A stretch of 64,000 nucleotides of DNA from Antedon mediterranea (Eukaryota > Animalia > Echinodermata). Both the position numbers and the translations under genes were made by a program. The notes under the pieces were generated by a model, which saw only the letters and a list, made by a program, of their open reading frames with translations, was not told the DNA's origin and did no database searches. Shown piece after piece: positions 11,874-26,116 of this stretch (positions within the stretch are counted from its first letter, which is position 1; every line of letters starts with the position of its first letter). Location: contig NC_092674.1 of NCBI RefSeq assembly GCF_964355755.1, positions 30,132,001-30,196,000 of the forward strand, read 5' to 3'.

Positions 11874-14307
11874 TTATTAAGCTAAGCCATGTGGTCATAT
11901 TATTTTGAGTTTGCATTACGCATTACCTTGTTGTTGTTTGTCCAGGGTCCTCACGAGACAAGGCCCTATCGACAGTATATTTTTCTTGATTATTCAATTT
12001 AAGTTATTGATTATTGAAACTGTTGATAAATAAATAAATGTACTTATTATTCTGTAGCAGCTAATTTCTTTAGCAGCAAAAGGTCAGAAATATTGTCAAA
12101 CAAACCAAAGCAGTACATTGTAGACTAGCGTCCTCCTAGGCAAGCGTAAAAGCATGTGCAAGCTAAATTAATAACAATTTTAATTTATTGTTTTAACCTT
12201 TAGTGTTTAATTTTGTTTTATCTGTTTACTTTTTTCACAGTTTACAATAAATGCGTTGTGGCATAGAAAACAAAAGAAATGACTATTATTTACTATTGTC
12301 TTACTTTATGGCAGGGGTCAAGGTTGATGATGATGATGATATATTATTTTCTTATATCAGCAATCTTTTTTCCTTTTTTTTTAGACAAAAAGAATTAAAC
12401 TAAAAGTTCAATTACTTTATAAAACTATTACTAATAATTTAATTTGTATCATGTGAAGAAATTGTGTTTTTGTTGTTTTAGTTAATATTTTGAATCTACT
12501 ATAGACTAATATCGGTAAGAACGTAATTGAAATGTGTCCCTCAAATATCTGGCAAAGAACTAGAACAATGACAAACAAACAAACCTACTTTTTTTGCATC
12601 TCAAAATTAAAAAAGTATCCTTACTTGATTTACTTGAGCTCTTGACCATTTGTTGTTGTTTTCCGAGATCCTGTTTTGGAATTTTGGTTTCCTTCTAATT
12701 TCATTTATCTCCATCCTGTTTATTAAAACTCTGATACCTGGGGTAGATGAAATGTTTTGGAGCGGAAACTGAAAACGGATTAAAATATAACAAATAGCAG
12801 ATCACCGGATATCAAACAATGAAGAAGAACAAGCAAAAACAATAATTTCAATTATTAAATAATCCAAAGATAAGATTACTTTTGCACAACTTGTAAATAA
12901 AATGATTATAATAAAAAGTTAAAAATGATGAAAAAGAAAGTGATGTTTAATTTTCTACATCAGCATATTTTAATCTAAAAAATAATGTCATAGCCATCTA
13001 CAATCTATAGTTTTGAAACAACAAAGTCTCAGAGGTTCAAGGAGTAGAAAGAGTTACAAGCTTGGCACTAGGTCAGGATTGAACCCCGGACCTTGGGATT
13101 AGACCATGTTTTAGAACTTTTTCTGCATTATTATTTTAACCAAAACCAAATTATTGCTGAATTAAAGAATTGTGTTTCTTTTTGTTTTCTTTCAAAAAAT
13201 TATTTCTGAAAATTAGACTTTTCAATTGATATAAATCGGAGCGAATTTGAAAATACACAGTTGCAGTATTTTTTTCAAGTAGTACACAGATTACTGTGTT
13301 GTTTTAAACGGTTGATAGTTTGTCTACGAGTAGAGATAACGTAATATCAGATTCGCTCTAATTGGATCCAAATTCAGAAAGCTGCGAACAACATCCTCCA
13401 AAAATTATACTCAGCGTTTTTTCAAAATCGGTGTGACAAAGCAGAATTGGAATAAGTTAAAAATTATAAGTAAGAAAACATTCATGAGACACAAGTCAGA
13501 GATAGTGACAGAAAATAATTGTTTGTTTTAATCAAAATTTGAGTCATTTTATCAGGAAAAAGTTGTATGAATAATCAATTAGTATTTGAGGAAGACAATA
13601 ACTATCTTATTATAAGTGAGCAGGAAAGAGATATAATCCAATAGGTATTTTCTATCGCCCAGGTCTTATGTAATCTTTCCATTTTTAGTCGATCTATTTT
13701 ATTTTATTTAAATATTTACATTAGCGCAACTAATGTATCCTGATTGTGATCAGGGCCTCACGCAAGGACAGTCCTGTTTTAGATGTATTACTCACAGTTT
13801 TTACAATAAATTTTTTTATTTGGGTATTATAAAAATTTACAAAATGTAGCGCAAAAATTTACAGTAATAATATATTTTTAAAAAGTTTTTAATGAATGTG
13901 TAAAATTGGTATTCTTATTGTTATACTGTACCGTAATTTGTTCTTGATCATTGAAAACATTTTAAACAGTGGCATTATATTTAAAACTCTAATTCTAAAA
14001 TATAAATTCCATTGCACGATTCATTTCTAGATTTTATCTGGTGTTTAAAACTGTTAAAGTACTTAATATTCTGTCAATTAAATTGCTCCTAATATCCCTA
14101 GATGCTGACTTGTTTGGACTTGCCTTATTATATATAAAAAGAAGGGTTCATGATTTCACCGAAAATTTAATCTGATAATACAGCAATAATTATTTTACCA
14201 GAAGTTTTAAAAAATTATATTACTATAAGAAATAACCAGGTTTCTCATTTTGAGAATTTATTGTTTTACAGCATATAGCATAATTTACAACTTCAGTTTA
14301 TATCACA

Positions 14308-14785
14308 TATACAGTAAATATAATGTATATTATACAGTAAATATAATGTATATTTTACAGTAAATATAATGTATATTATACAATAAATATAATGTATATT
14401 ATACAGTAAATATAATGTATATTATACAGTAAATATAATGTATATTATACAGTAAATATAATGTATATTATACAGTAAATATAATGTATATTATACAGTA
14501 AATATAATGTATATTATACAGTAAATATAATGTATATTTTACAGTAAATATAATGTATATTATACAGTAAATATAATGTATATTATACAGTAAATATAAT
14601 GTATATTATACAGTAAATATAATGTATATTATACAGTAAATATAATGTATATCATACAGTAAATATAATGTATATTATACAGTAAATATAATGTATATTA
14701 TACAGTAAATATAATGTATATCATACAGTAAATATAATGTATATTAAACAGTAAATATAATGTATATTATACAGTAAATATAATG
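14308..14785. repeat. 23-bp minisatellite, about 21 copies
   Basis: Unit TACAGTAAATATAATGTATATTA, nearly perfect copies. Confidence 0.97.
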
Positions 14786-16782
14786 CACCATGTCATATTA
14801 CTGTATTCTACTTCAGTTACTGCAGTACCTCCTGAAAACAAAAATAAAGATTTCATTTATAAAAGATAAAATCAACATTTTACCCCAAAAAACATTGTTT
14901 AACAGACAATTTGACTTGTTTTAAGTTTTTACAGGTACATTTTTTATCCTCAAATTTTTGATCAAATTGAATATACTAACTTTTAGGTGACATTAAAATA
15001 GCATATTTAACAACAAAATTATTTTGCAAGGGGACAATATCAATTCTGTACTTATTTAGGTCTACTAGAATCTGTTTTAAATTTGGATTTGAAATGTGCT
15101 AGTCAGTGATTGATACAAAATGTGGTATTATCCTGGCTCCATCAATCCCTCGGCCTCCATAGCTTGTCATTAAACCAGTTGATCCTATTCCAACATTTGC
15201 CATGGTTTTTATTCAGACACATTTCATGTGGATCTACCTGCTTTATGATACAAGTTTCTAGGAAGATGAGTCACAATAGCTTTGAAAACTCTATAAAACT
15301 ATAAAAACTCTATAAATATGAATTCGGTTATCTGCAAAATACATTTATTACTTTAGTTAGTATTGGTGTTATAGGCTTACACACTTTACCTATATAATCG
15401 TGTCCGAGTTAAATGATAAATATTAAAAAGTATAGTATTGAATTTGTAAACCTGTACATTACTTGATGTCATTTTTTCAAAAGCCAATATAGTGCTCCCA
15501 ACTACATTTTTTTAACTCTTTGATGGCAATCAATCACTTTCAAGAAAGTTGAAAAAAGTTATGAGACTATAGAGGGCTCACTTCACTCTGGTGCCCTGTA
15601 TAATGCTACTGTACAACTTGGTGCATGTTTTGGAAGAAGCTGACAGAAGTTTTTGCCATTCTTTTTAGGAAGTACTATACATTGTACCAGGGAGGCACAT
15701 TTAGGAAGGTCGCCAGATCTCAAGGGACCAAGCCACCTGTTCCCTGTGTCAGCACAATACTAGATTGGCAGGCTCACTATACAGGTCCCCAGACCTGTTA
15801 GGACTTCTATCACAGAATTAAAACTTCTACTTGATATATTAGTAGTGCCTTTTCAGTTTGTTTACTATTAATGCCTGACTCTTTCCTGGTAAAGTAATTG
15901 GAGCTAATTAATTGGTTAATGGGTGCAAGAAGGTCCTGTTAGTTGCAAACAGGATGTTGAGACATTTTAGACGATTATTTAACAAAAGAAAAAAGTATTG
16001 TTAGTTAATATTTATTAGATCCTTCACAATTATTTAATTAAGCATTAATATAGTTGTGAAACTTACATAAAGATGCTGACAAACAGCTATTATATTGTTT
16101 TTAGTTGTTGCAAAATATATAGAAATTTTAATATCGAAATTAAATAATAAATCTATTAAGGGAAAAACAAGAGCATCTTGCCTATTAATAAGACAGCTAT
16201 AGAAATTTTAATATATATAAATAAATTAAATCTATTAAAAAAGGGAAAGAGGAAAGAAGAACATCTTGCATATTGATAACAAAACCCTAGTCCAAAATTG
16301 GCTGTTATTAAAAGATTCCTAAACTAGTGAAAATGGTACTAATAATATTGAATAATATGACAAAACAACATTGTGGCATAATCCATTGATTCCTAGAATG
16401 GGTTTATCCTGACTACAGTCTACGTCAATAAATCTTATCAGAATGATTCCGCTATTCCCAGCGGTCTTCCCTATTGTCTTATTATCCTTTTAAATAACTT
16501 GTAAAATCCCATCAAACTTCCATAATTCTCGCAATCAATTCAAAAAATGATATAAAAAAAAACTATAGAGGAAGTATTGAGATCGCGAGTGATAACAAGG
16601 TGTTAACAATGAGTCTTATTTTCCTGCAAGTGCTTTTAATTCATTATATTCTTCCTTTTAATTTTTTTTTTTAATAAATGCCTTGAACTTGAAATCAATC
16701 AGCCTAGTTTATACAACCTGTCTCAACACCTTGTTGTAATCACGGAGGTCAATTGATTGACCAATTGGTTATTAATATTAGA

Positions 16783-16970
16783 GGTCCTGTTTCTGCTGCA
16801 TAAAATTAACTGGTAAAAAACGGTGTGAATAAATTAACCCCAATTTCTGGGAAGCAAAACAGGACAATTTTTTAGTAACTCGTTAAATGGCAGCGCAAAA
16901 ATAACGGTTTTAAACCACCCACTGATTTAAACGCTTATTTTGGCACTACGGTATGCAGCAGAAACAGACC
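16783..16970. mobile_element. MITE with 20-bp TIRs
   Basis: GGTCCTGTTTCTGCTGCATA ... TATGCAGCAGAAACAGACC. An adjacent degenerate inverted pair lies at about 16575-16752. Confidence 0.7.
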
Positions 16971-19900
16971 AAGAGGTGATCAGGTGTTTTTAGTTGGAAT
17001 TAGTTGGGGTTAAATATCCTAATTATTCTACTGCAGTAACTACATTTTTTACTGCAGTAATGTATGATTTTAGTTGTTTGATTGTAGAAGGCAGTCATTG
17101 CAATACACAATTTATAAAATTACCCCAAGATAAAGTTACTACTGTGTGGGAAACATTTTATTTAAAGATGTATTGTCCCCCAAAAACATGAAAAAGGAAA
17201 ATTAATAAAATCAGACTTCAAATAAGCCATGTTGTTTATTAATATTAGCAAATATGATGAGTTCCTTGCATTAGTACACCCATGGAGCTATAAATTAGGT
17301 CCATGGTACACCTAAAATATTCATAAAATAAGGAATAGATTTACGTACAGTACTATGCATTTGAATACATCCATCTGCGAATTTAATATTGGAAATGTCG
17401 TGGAGTCTTGCTTCCTGAACGCCCTAATTAATCCCACTTGCCTTTTGACAGTAACAGTTCGCAATAATTACCTGCTATTTCCGATTCAAAGTTTCTTATT
17501 TTATAATTTGTATTTCTTGAGGGTAGATGAGTGAGAAGGAACTAAATATGCCTGGGTGTTGTTTCTTTTACAAAGTTTAGAAGAAAAGAATTTCTTTAAT
17601 TTAGTGCTTGAAATAATATCCTTTAAAAAAATATGGCATGATCTGAATGTTTATTCCAAAAATTGAATTGGAAAAATAAATTTCCAACCACAATTTTACA
17701 AAAGAAAAAATAGTCAGCAGCTCTTTTTCTGAAAGTCAATGTTTTTTTTTGTAAATTAAATGTTTTAGGCTAAATTATCTTTTTATAAGAAAATCAACCA
17801 AAAGTGAATACATTTTATTATCTTTATTTTTCATGTTTTGGAGGACAATACTGACTGTACTTCTCCCTAATTAAAAATTATAAACCTTTTTGCCTGTCAC
17901 ACCAATTTCACTAAATCATTGATTTATTATTCATTTGTAAAAACTAACCAAATTTTCTAAATTATTTCTGACATAAATAAATTAATTTTTCTGAATTCAC
18001 TATAAGGATGATAAATAAAGAGAATATTTGCAATTTTATGAATTTTAATCTTTCAAAGATACTTAAAATAAAATTACTTTATTTACAAGGACAACGACAT
18101 GCATGTTGGTAAAGCTGTTTTCCGGTCATTAAATATTGGTAGAATATTGGATTATTGATGGTTCCTGCAAAGGAGTATACCAGGCTATTACGTCGGCATT
18201 GATTAGGCACAGGTTCATGGGAAAGCACCTTGGATGTGAGGCCCTTGGCGAAAGGGGTTCATGGGTTCTAATGGACCCGCCTTTGAGCTAAGCACCTTGC
18301 ATCTCAAGCCCTTAGCGAGTGGCGTTGGAAGGTTCTCCTGAACCCTCCTTTTTCCTGAAATGCTTTTTGATGGTAATAGGCCTTCTAGCCTAGCCCAATT
18401 TTTGCCCTTTTTGTGACTGAATAACCTTAAGGAATTGTGCATATGAATTTTCATATTTGGAGAATTTAAATTTGTTAAATATGGCAATAATAATGTCACT
18501 ATATTCATAAAGTAAATTCTTTAACATGTTTTTAACAAGATTTACAAGATGTTTCATCCTAAAGGGAATTGTTTTTATAGAGTCCAAGGCTGAAGGCATA
18601 TTACCAATATAGGCCATCATTCCCGGATAAAACAATCTGGCCTAAACATTCCCAAATTTAATTCAATACTTGATTGAGTTTTTAATCATTTCGGTGGCTG
18701 ATTTTTCAGGTACGAAAATGTACAATAATCCACACCTGTTGAATTTAATGTGTACAGTATAAAAGTAGTCTGGGATAATTTGCTCCATAAACACAAACTA
18801 CAACTTTAGTTTAATTTAGTATACCATATCATAAAATTGTCCTTTTTGTTATTAAGTAACCAAAAACATTGTCTGAAGACAGACAATTTCAGTATTTTTG
18901 CTTTAACATTTTTTCAAGTAAATCACTATAGTATTAATGTGACATTAAAATGACACACATTTTTTATTAAAAAGCAGCGTTTTTTTGTTAATATAAGGGA
19001 CCAAGCCAGAAACATTCTACTGCAGTTACTGCAGTAATAACTAATATGTTAAGACTTTTTCCCAATGTTTTCTAATGTTTAATCCAACTCTGGAGAAATG
19101 TTGGTTGTTTTTAAAAAGATGCTGACTCACACAGGATTTGAACCCAAACCCTGGGATCTAAAGGCAATCATTTTAACCACCAAGTTTGTCAACTTCTTGT
19201 TTCCCAATTATAATTTTCCCTTTTTTGGTTTTCTTTCCTTCCTCTCTATATTGTATAGTAATTGACTTGGTAATTGTGGTAAAATATTAAAATGCAAAAT
19301 GCATGTTTTACCAAGAAACAAATTAAATAATAATTTCATAATTTGAGAAGTGCTTAATCATAATGTTAGTTAAATATAGCATAGGCAAATAGCACCTTGC
19401 TAGATATTATACAGTACTTAAATAATTCATTAACCCAATTAAGTATTATCTTTATCTATCATATTCAGGTGACCAATAACTTTAAAATCTAAATATTAAC
19501 ACTTATACTTTTACATTTTATTTGCTCATCAAGTTGCTCATTCCAAAGTAATGACCCTTGAGTCCTAATTTTATTTCTAGCAAGATCAGTATCAGATACA
19601 TCCTTGTAACATGACGATGATAATAACGATTTTGAATAAAATAATTAAGTTTCAGTATAAAGTTGTTATTCTGACAGGAAGGAAATAACACCACCTCCCA
19701 GTGAACTTTGCTCTGAAGTAGGTTATTATTAAAAGTACACATTTTGTTTTATTATGGAATAAAAAATGTTTTATCTTTTTATCTTCCTCCACCTGAAAAA
19801 GAAATATAAACATGTACTTTATCTGTACCTATGTCCTATTTATATGTGCCTCTAATCTGATTATGGTACTTTAAAAAAAGTTCAAATGCCCATGGGGATG

Positions 19901-22520
19901 CACCTTGTTCATTAGTAAAATATAATTTAAAATTAAAAGCAATATTTTCTTTTATAGAACCCATGGTTCATGGTAGATGGTATAAATATTAATACTGATA
20001 TTTTAAATTCACCAGAAGACATAACAACTGAAACATTACATTCTCAGTCATATTTCCATTTAGAAACACATGGTTGCCAGAAAACCTAACTTTACTCATG
20101 TTTATACGCCACGCAAACATTTAAATAATATTTTTAAAATTGACATCTTAAAAAGTTTGAGTTGGTTTATTATGGATGCATGTCAACTATTGCACAAAGC
20201 ATCTAACTGCTATAGTAAACATTTCTATACAGTTTGTATATACAAAGTAGTCTGTATTTTAACCTTAGCTTTAACATTATCCTTGTAAAAATAAGCAAAT
20301 AGGTGAGAAGGGATTTTCCACCAGATTTTTCATTTTACCTTTCTTTTGTTCCTGGATCTCTGTTGGCGACCACCCTTTACGTACCCATTTATGAGAGGTG
20401 ACCACGTTTATTAGGTATAGAAATCATTTTCTGTGGTGTTTTTTGTTTGTTTTTGAAAAACAGTAAAAGTAATTTCTCAATACAGTATATATAAATAATT
20501 AAAATTGATCATTATTTTTTTTTTCTGTACAATGTTTTCTTAGATAAGCTTCTTTTTTTTGTTTTGCTTTGGACATGTATATTATTTAATCATGGTATTC
20601 CAAAATAAAAAGATGAATGAATGAATAAGTTTTTAAAATTTCTTTTAAACTAATTTTAGCAACTGCCATCAAAATTCTTAGAAATTACAGTATCGTAGAT
20701 TTACTGTCAATAGGAACGATGGCAGCCTAAGTTTCTAGCCAATCACAAATAAACTTTTCTTTCTTGGATAGTTTGTCTTTCAGTGCTTCAACAGATGTTT
20801 TGACCATTCTGCTCGTCAACACAAACTATTATTGGTTTAGCCTAGGATTGATAATTACCAAAAACAATAGCATGTTTTATTAATACCAACAGGAATGATT
20901 TATATATTTGTTTTTTATTTTCTTGTTTGTTGCTTTTGAAAGAAAAGTTCAGTTTGCAGTTGTTCATTCATTCAATATTTTATTTCGGAATCTCTGTTCC
21001 ATAGAAATCAAAATTTATTAAAAATAAACGGGACTGTACTAATTACTAGTGTACTGCTCATCTCAGGATGGTATTTCACCTGGAGAGCATAACTTTAGAC
21101 CAATGATTGAATATGAAATAATTAAGTTCTTTGGTATTTCCGATATTATTTTTTGGTAAATTTATTTTCTTTAATTTATAGTTTAGTAAAAACATATTAT
21201 GTTTGTATTAATAAATCAAATCAGCATGCCATTGGTTATTTTTAAGCCAACAAGTAAACATGAAAAGGAAATTGCAATTATTCAATAAGGTATAAAACAG
21301 CACGAAACAGTTAATGAAATTTGACTAATGTTAAGTACTTTACTAAAATCGTCTGCAACTTTCTCACGATATTGCTTATCGCAGTGATATCATATTACCA
21401 TTGGGCGTGTTTCATAATGCAACGTGATAAAAAGATGGCCGTGTATAAACATAATTGATCTGTTCGCATTAAAGCGCACTGACGCCTTAGTTTTTGAGTA
21501 CTTCGTCTTTTTGATTTTATTCTGTTTGATAAGTTTTCCCGTCCTATGATTGTGATTTCCTCTCTATCCATACGGCGCTAATTGTTCTCATTTCCTTGTG
21601 TGTGTAGTAGGACTTATTTCGCGTTCTTATTTAAGTTGACAATAATTCAAGATTCGGCTGCCAAGTTTTCTCAAAAGCAATAAAAGGCACCATCTTATAA
21701 TAAATAAGTAACTTTTGCAAAAATGTATTCTACTACAATTGAACCCTGCTTTGGGAGACTCCTATTAGGGGTACAGCCCTACTGTATTAGGAGGACAGCC
21801 CTATTGTATTAGGAGGACAGCCCTACTGTATTAGGGGGACAGCCCTATTAGGAGGACACTTTGTTGTGTCCACTTAGGGGCAAATAGTGTAGTAGTAGAC
21901 TCATGCCTTTCAAAACAGATTAGAGAAATGAACAATTATTGTAGTAATAATAATTTGCTTATTAGTGCAAGGTTTAGTCTATTTTTTTTTTATATTAAAA
22001 ATGATTCATTAATTTACTACCAAAAGCATTGAAGAACAGTGAGTTTTGGTTTATAAAAGGTTGTCTATATTAATAATCTCTTAACCCTTCTGGCAAGGAA
22101 TATTTCTAAAGGTTTCTCCCTTCACGGTCCTTGTCATTTTCCCCTTCGCGGTACATCCGACCTTGTCATTTTCGCCTTCATGGTACTTCCGACCTTGTCA
22201 TTTTTGTCTCGTTATTTGTCCTTAATCAAATCCCACTATCCGCTTTGCCCAGCTACTGTTTCTGTCGGCTTCTTACTATCAAACGTCTGCGAACAAAATT
22301 GAGATGTTTTAATGACCATGAAGACGACAGCTATCTTAATAAAGTTATTGAAAATAATTTAGAAAAACAAACAAGGCTACTGGATACTGACTGTATTGCT
22401 TGTTGTAGGCTTTTTATTTGAAAGAATGAATGATAGCACAGTCGTCATACAGACTGACACAAATGTTGCATAATAAGTTTTATTCTAAATGTTTTATCTC
22501 TAAACAATGCAATATAACTG

Positions 22521-22648
22521 ATGTGCGTATTTCTTGGCTTGATGATCTCAATAGAGAGACCAAAAAAAATAGCAAAAAATATAAAGTAAAACAGCCAGAA
22601 AGAAAGTGCCAATCTTTTGGAAAATGCTGTTCCTTCGACTGGGCCAAC
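22521..22648 (-). mobile_element. Degenerate second copy of the Penelope-like terminal repeat seen at about 8060-8190
   Basis: Shares GATCTCAAT.GAGA.AC and AAGTAAAACAGCCAGAAA with 8080-8147; the ribozyme core has decayed. Confidence 0.5.
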
Positions 22649-23029
22649 TAAATAATATAATAATAATAATCACACTTTATCATGCACAAGAAAAAAGCTC
22701 TTCTTCCTCCATTATTATTATTAACGCAATAATTTGTTTATTTTCCAAATAACATTAATTTTATGAATCTTAAGCAATAAAAGAAATGTCTAGTCCACTT
22801 TGAGAACAAAGAATTCAATTATCTAGAATAAGTAATTATAATGCGGATGTGTGGTTAAAACTGTAAAGCCTGTTTTAAATGGGTGTTGATAAATTAATGA
22901 AAAGTAATTTGTTAAATCATTAAAATGTGTGAAATCTTAACCACTAATTAATTACACACAATATATTTTAATAGAAATCGAATACTTTTACTACTATTTA
23001 AAAAAAAAATTTGTTCAAATACTTTTACT

Positions 23030-23604
23030 ATAGAGTATCACGGTGTGACGTCACAACGATAGAGGGCGCTGCATGGTTGCTAGACAACCAAAAAATGCGT
23101 TCAGCGCTATATGTTGATAAACAGTAAAGATCTGTATTTCTACCAAATTATGTATCTTAGCTTGATTTTTTTAAACTTAAACTGTAGGCCTAGTTGAAGA
23201 ATAAATAGATTATTAAAAACAAATATTTAGTGATCTTTTGAAATTTTAGTTTATAGATAGATAGATAGAAATCTTTCTTTATTTTGGATATTCATTCAAT
23301 ATTTGTACATTGTTCTTCCTTGAAGTCCAGTTAACACTTACAAATTACAAATATAAACAATAAAAATGGAAAATTATGAAAACGTTTTTAAAGACTACAA
23401 TATCACAAGAAGCAAGAGAAAAAAACCAGTTAGTTAGTTTCTTTTTATTAAAAATTATTAAGTTTTAAAATGACTACTTCAATAAGCCTATTCCAAACCA
23501 TAGGTGATCTTGGAGTCACTCAGGCAGGCTAAACGCATTTTTCCTTGCGCTATCAACCACGCAGCGGCACCTACTGTCGTGACGTCAGCGCCGTGATACT
23601 CTAT
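23030..23604. mobile_element. Non-autonomous DNA transposon with about 70-bp imperfect TIRs
   Basis: ATAGAGTATCACGG..TGACGTCAC...AAAAATGCGTT at left; its reverse complement at about 23531-23604. Confidence 0.8.
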
Positions 23605-24859
23605 GGTACTATTAGAAAAACTCTTTCAAAGGTGTCCATAATGATGATTCTGTATCTACATTTGCCCAGTATAATAGGCAAATGCCATGATACAGCAGAA
23701 TTACATGTGTTTCACATGCAACACCGGTATCATTTACCCTTAACCTAACATTCCATAATACAGGCAACACATGTGATATACATGAGATGCTGTATTGTAA
23801 ATTTGCCTATGATACTGGGGAAATATTATAAAATTTGGAGATAAAACTCTGAGAATCTGTGGTGTTTGTTTCATTGTGTTATTTCCATCAATTTCCTTTT
23901 TATCGTTGAAAAGGAAGGGAATTATTCGTTGTAATTTGTACCTAATTTGATGGAAGTGACCGGGGTTCACCCAATTTAATTGGTGAAACGCACTTTTAGC
24001 AGCAATGTCCCCTACTGCCAAACGAGGGCGTCAAACTAAATATGCCAAATGAGATTTATTCATTATCATCAAAAAATAAGAATAAGAAAACAATTTGATT
24101 GTATAAATAAAAGGGAAAAACAGAATAATTAAGAAAATATACAGAAAATCTAAAGATAGAGGGCAGTGTTGATTGGTAATAATGGCAAGAAATTTGCCCA
24201 AACTTTGATTTAAGAATTGTTTAAAAAAAGTTAATTTTGACTTTGTTGTGCCTGTAATTTTATTTATGGTTTTGTATTGTACAAATGGCCTTGTTATAAA
24301 CACTGAACAGAAATAATCAAGTTTTTAGTTTTAAAATAAAATGATTATATACAGTATTTGTAAATCGTAATTAAAATATTTAAATTTTAAACTGTATTTG
24401 AGCCAAATGAGCTTTTACTGTGACAGCTTTTATACTAAACAGAAAGTGTAAGTTCAATTCTCTTTCTAAAAAATGTGCTGACCACTGTTTCCTTTGATAA
24501 AACTTGATGTGGTAAATATGCTACTGAATACGGCGACTGAATTAAAGCCATTCGCGAAAAAAAATAACTGAAAAACGTCTGAACGGTTTGGCCATCTCAG
24601 TCCAGCTGTGTTCGCCATCGCTGAGACCTTCAATGATAAGTGAACGAACTCATAGAGTACATAACTGTTGGTGAGGTCCTGGTCACTTCACGAGGCCGAC
24701 CTTACTGTCTTCCTATTTACCACTGTTTTTCAATCTCTTTTCATACCTTTAGAGCAATAAGTAGGCCTAAGTCGACTATATCTGATATCGCTTTTTATGC
24801 TTTAATACTTTTAATTTATTTTTGGCTTTAAAAACTGAATGAAAATAATGTTTTCAATT

Positions 24860-25270
24860 CAATTCAGTTTAGTTCATTTATTCAAATAAGAACAATAGTA
24901 TATAAAAATAGGACCAATAATGCATTAATTATATACAGTCAGACGGTAACGATAAATTCCTTTTTATAGTAATTAATAAGTTTACTGTATCTGATAATAA
25001 AATTGTGATTTACTTATTATCTCCAATGTATACAGAATTGTTGTAATTTCTAGATTTGTATTTACATCATTTGTTAAGTTATTCCATAACTTGGTAAAGC
25101 ATTATAGAAATTATATGAGGATGTTAAATGAACCCTATTCCTGATTATAAACACAAGTCTACTATAGTAGTAATGAATCTGGTAATTAAAGAATTGGAGC
25201 AAAAATTTGCTGATAAACATTTGTAATTCATTATTTATTTGAATGAGATCATTACAATTATTTTATGATT
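24860..25270 (-). mobile_element. Decayed L2/CR1-group LINE 3' fragment
   Basis: Minus translation contains LWNNL (LWNxLP motif) near 25070-25090; (TGAA)-like tail near 24860-24880. Confidence 0.35.
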
Positions 25271-25590
25271 AATGCAACCACTGCAGGAAACACTAATTAT
25301 CCTTAAATAGAAATACATGGTCATCCTCCTGCATTTTGGTATTTCTGTATTATAATTTGAAGCAACTTAATATTAATTAACCAAAGTTGTATTTCCAATT
25401 GTGCTGTGTAAACCATACTATCCATATCAATCTGTGTTACAAGTAACATTTATTACCGTATACAGTGATTGATTCTTGAAAATGTTCAAAGATGTGACAT
25501 TAATTTGTCACAGAGTACTAATGTTTTGTCACTTATGATAAGATGTGATATATTAAATAGTACTTGATTGTATTGATGCATCATATTATA

Positions 25591-25880
25591 CAAATAATGA
25601 ATGTTTATGAGTGCAATGGTACAAATAATGGCACAAGGTGAATGATGAAAGGTTATATCAACGAGGCAAAGCCGAGTTGATATAACCTTTCATCATTCAC
25701 CAAGTGCCATTATTTGTACCATTACACGAATACAAAACATTCATTATTTGTTTTATATAACATCTAGACGTTTTTTTTTCGTACACAAAAATGTTTCAAA
25801 AAGTACTATTTAACGATCGTTGAATAGTGCATACTATTGCACGCCATGTGACCCACATTCGTCCAATCAGATGACAGGAA
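25591..25880. repeat. Palindromic repeat element: about 75-bp arms (25591-25750) plus a tail bounded by TTATATAACA/TGTTATATAA
   Basis: CAAATAATGAATGTTT...AATGGTACAAATAATGGCAC..GGTGAATGATGAAAGGTTATATCAAC-gaGGC aaa GCCga-GTTGATATAACCTTTCATCATTCACC..GTGCCATTATTTGTACCATT...AAACATTCATTATTTG. Confidence 0.85.
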
Positions 25881-25958
25881 TTTATATAGGTGTTATATAA
25901 AATACTATAAATCAGACACATCTAATCCAAAGTGATTTCAGTCTTTCCAAGATCTTTA

Positions 25959-26116
25959 AGCTCTGTCTACACCATCAAACTTTATGTGACAAAAACATGT
26001 GATGTGCCCATATATAGACATGATGATATATATATACTATATTTGGGCATATCACTACCATATATGGGAACATCACACTCTTTTTGTCAAACTAGTTTGA
26101 TAGTGTAGACAAAGCT
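25959..26116. mobile_element. MITE family A, copy 2
   Basis: AGCTCTGTCTACAC...GTGTAGACAAAGCT; TTA/TAA flanks. Confidence 0.85.

Noticed and set aside
13065-13103. tRNA gene candidates here and at 19125 and 49045
   Set aside because: Only degenerate A/B boxes with no cloverleaf; treated as SINE heads.
18215-18635. Overlapping minus-strand ORFs of 97 and 81 aa
   Set aside because: No recognisable domain or splice structure; likely repeat debris.
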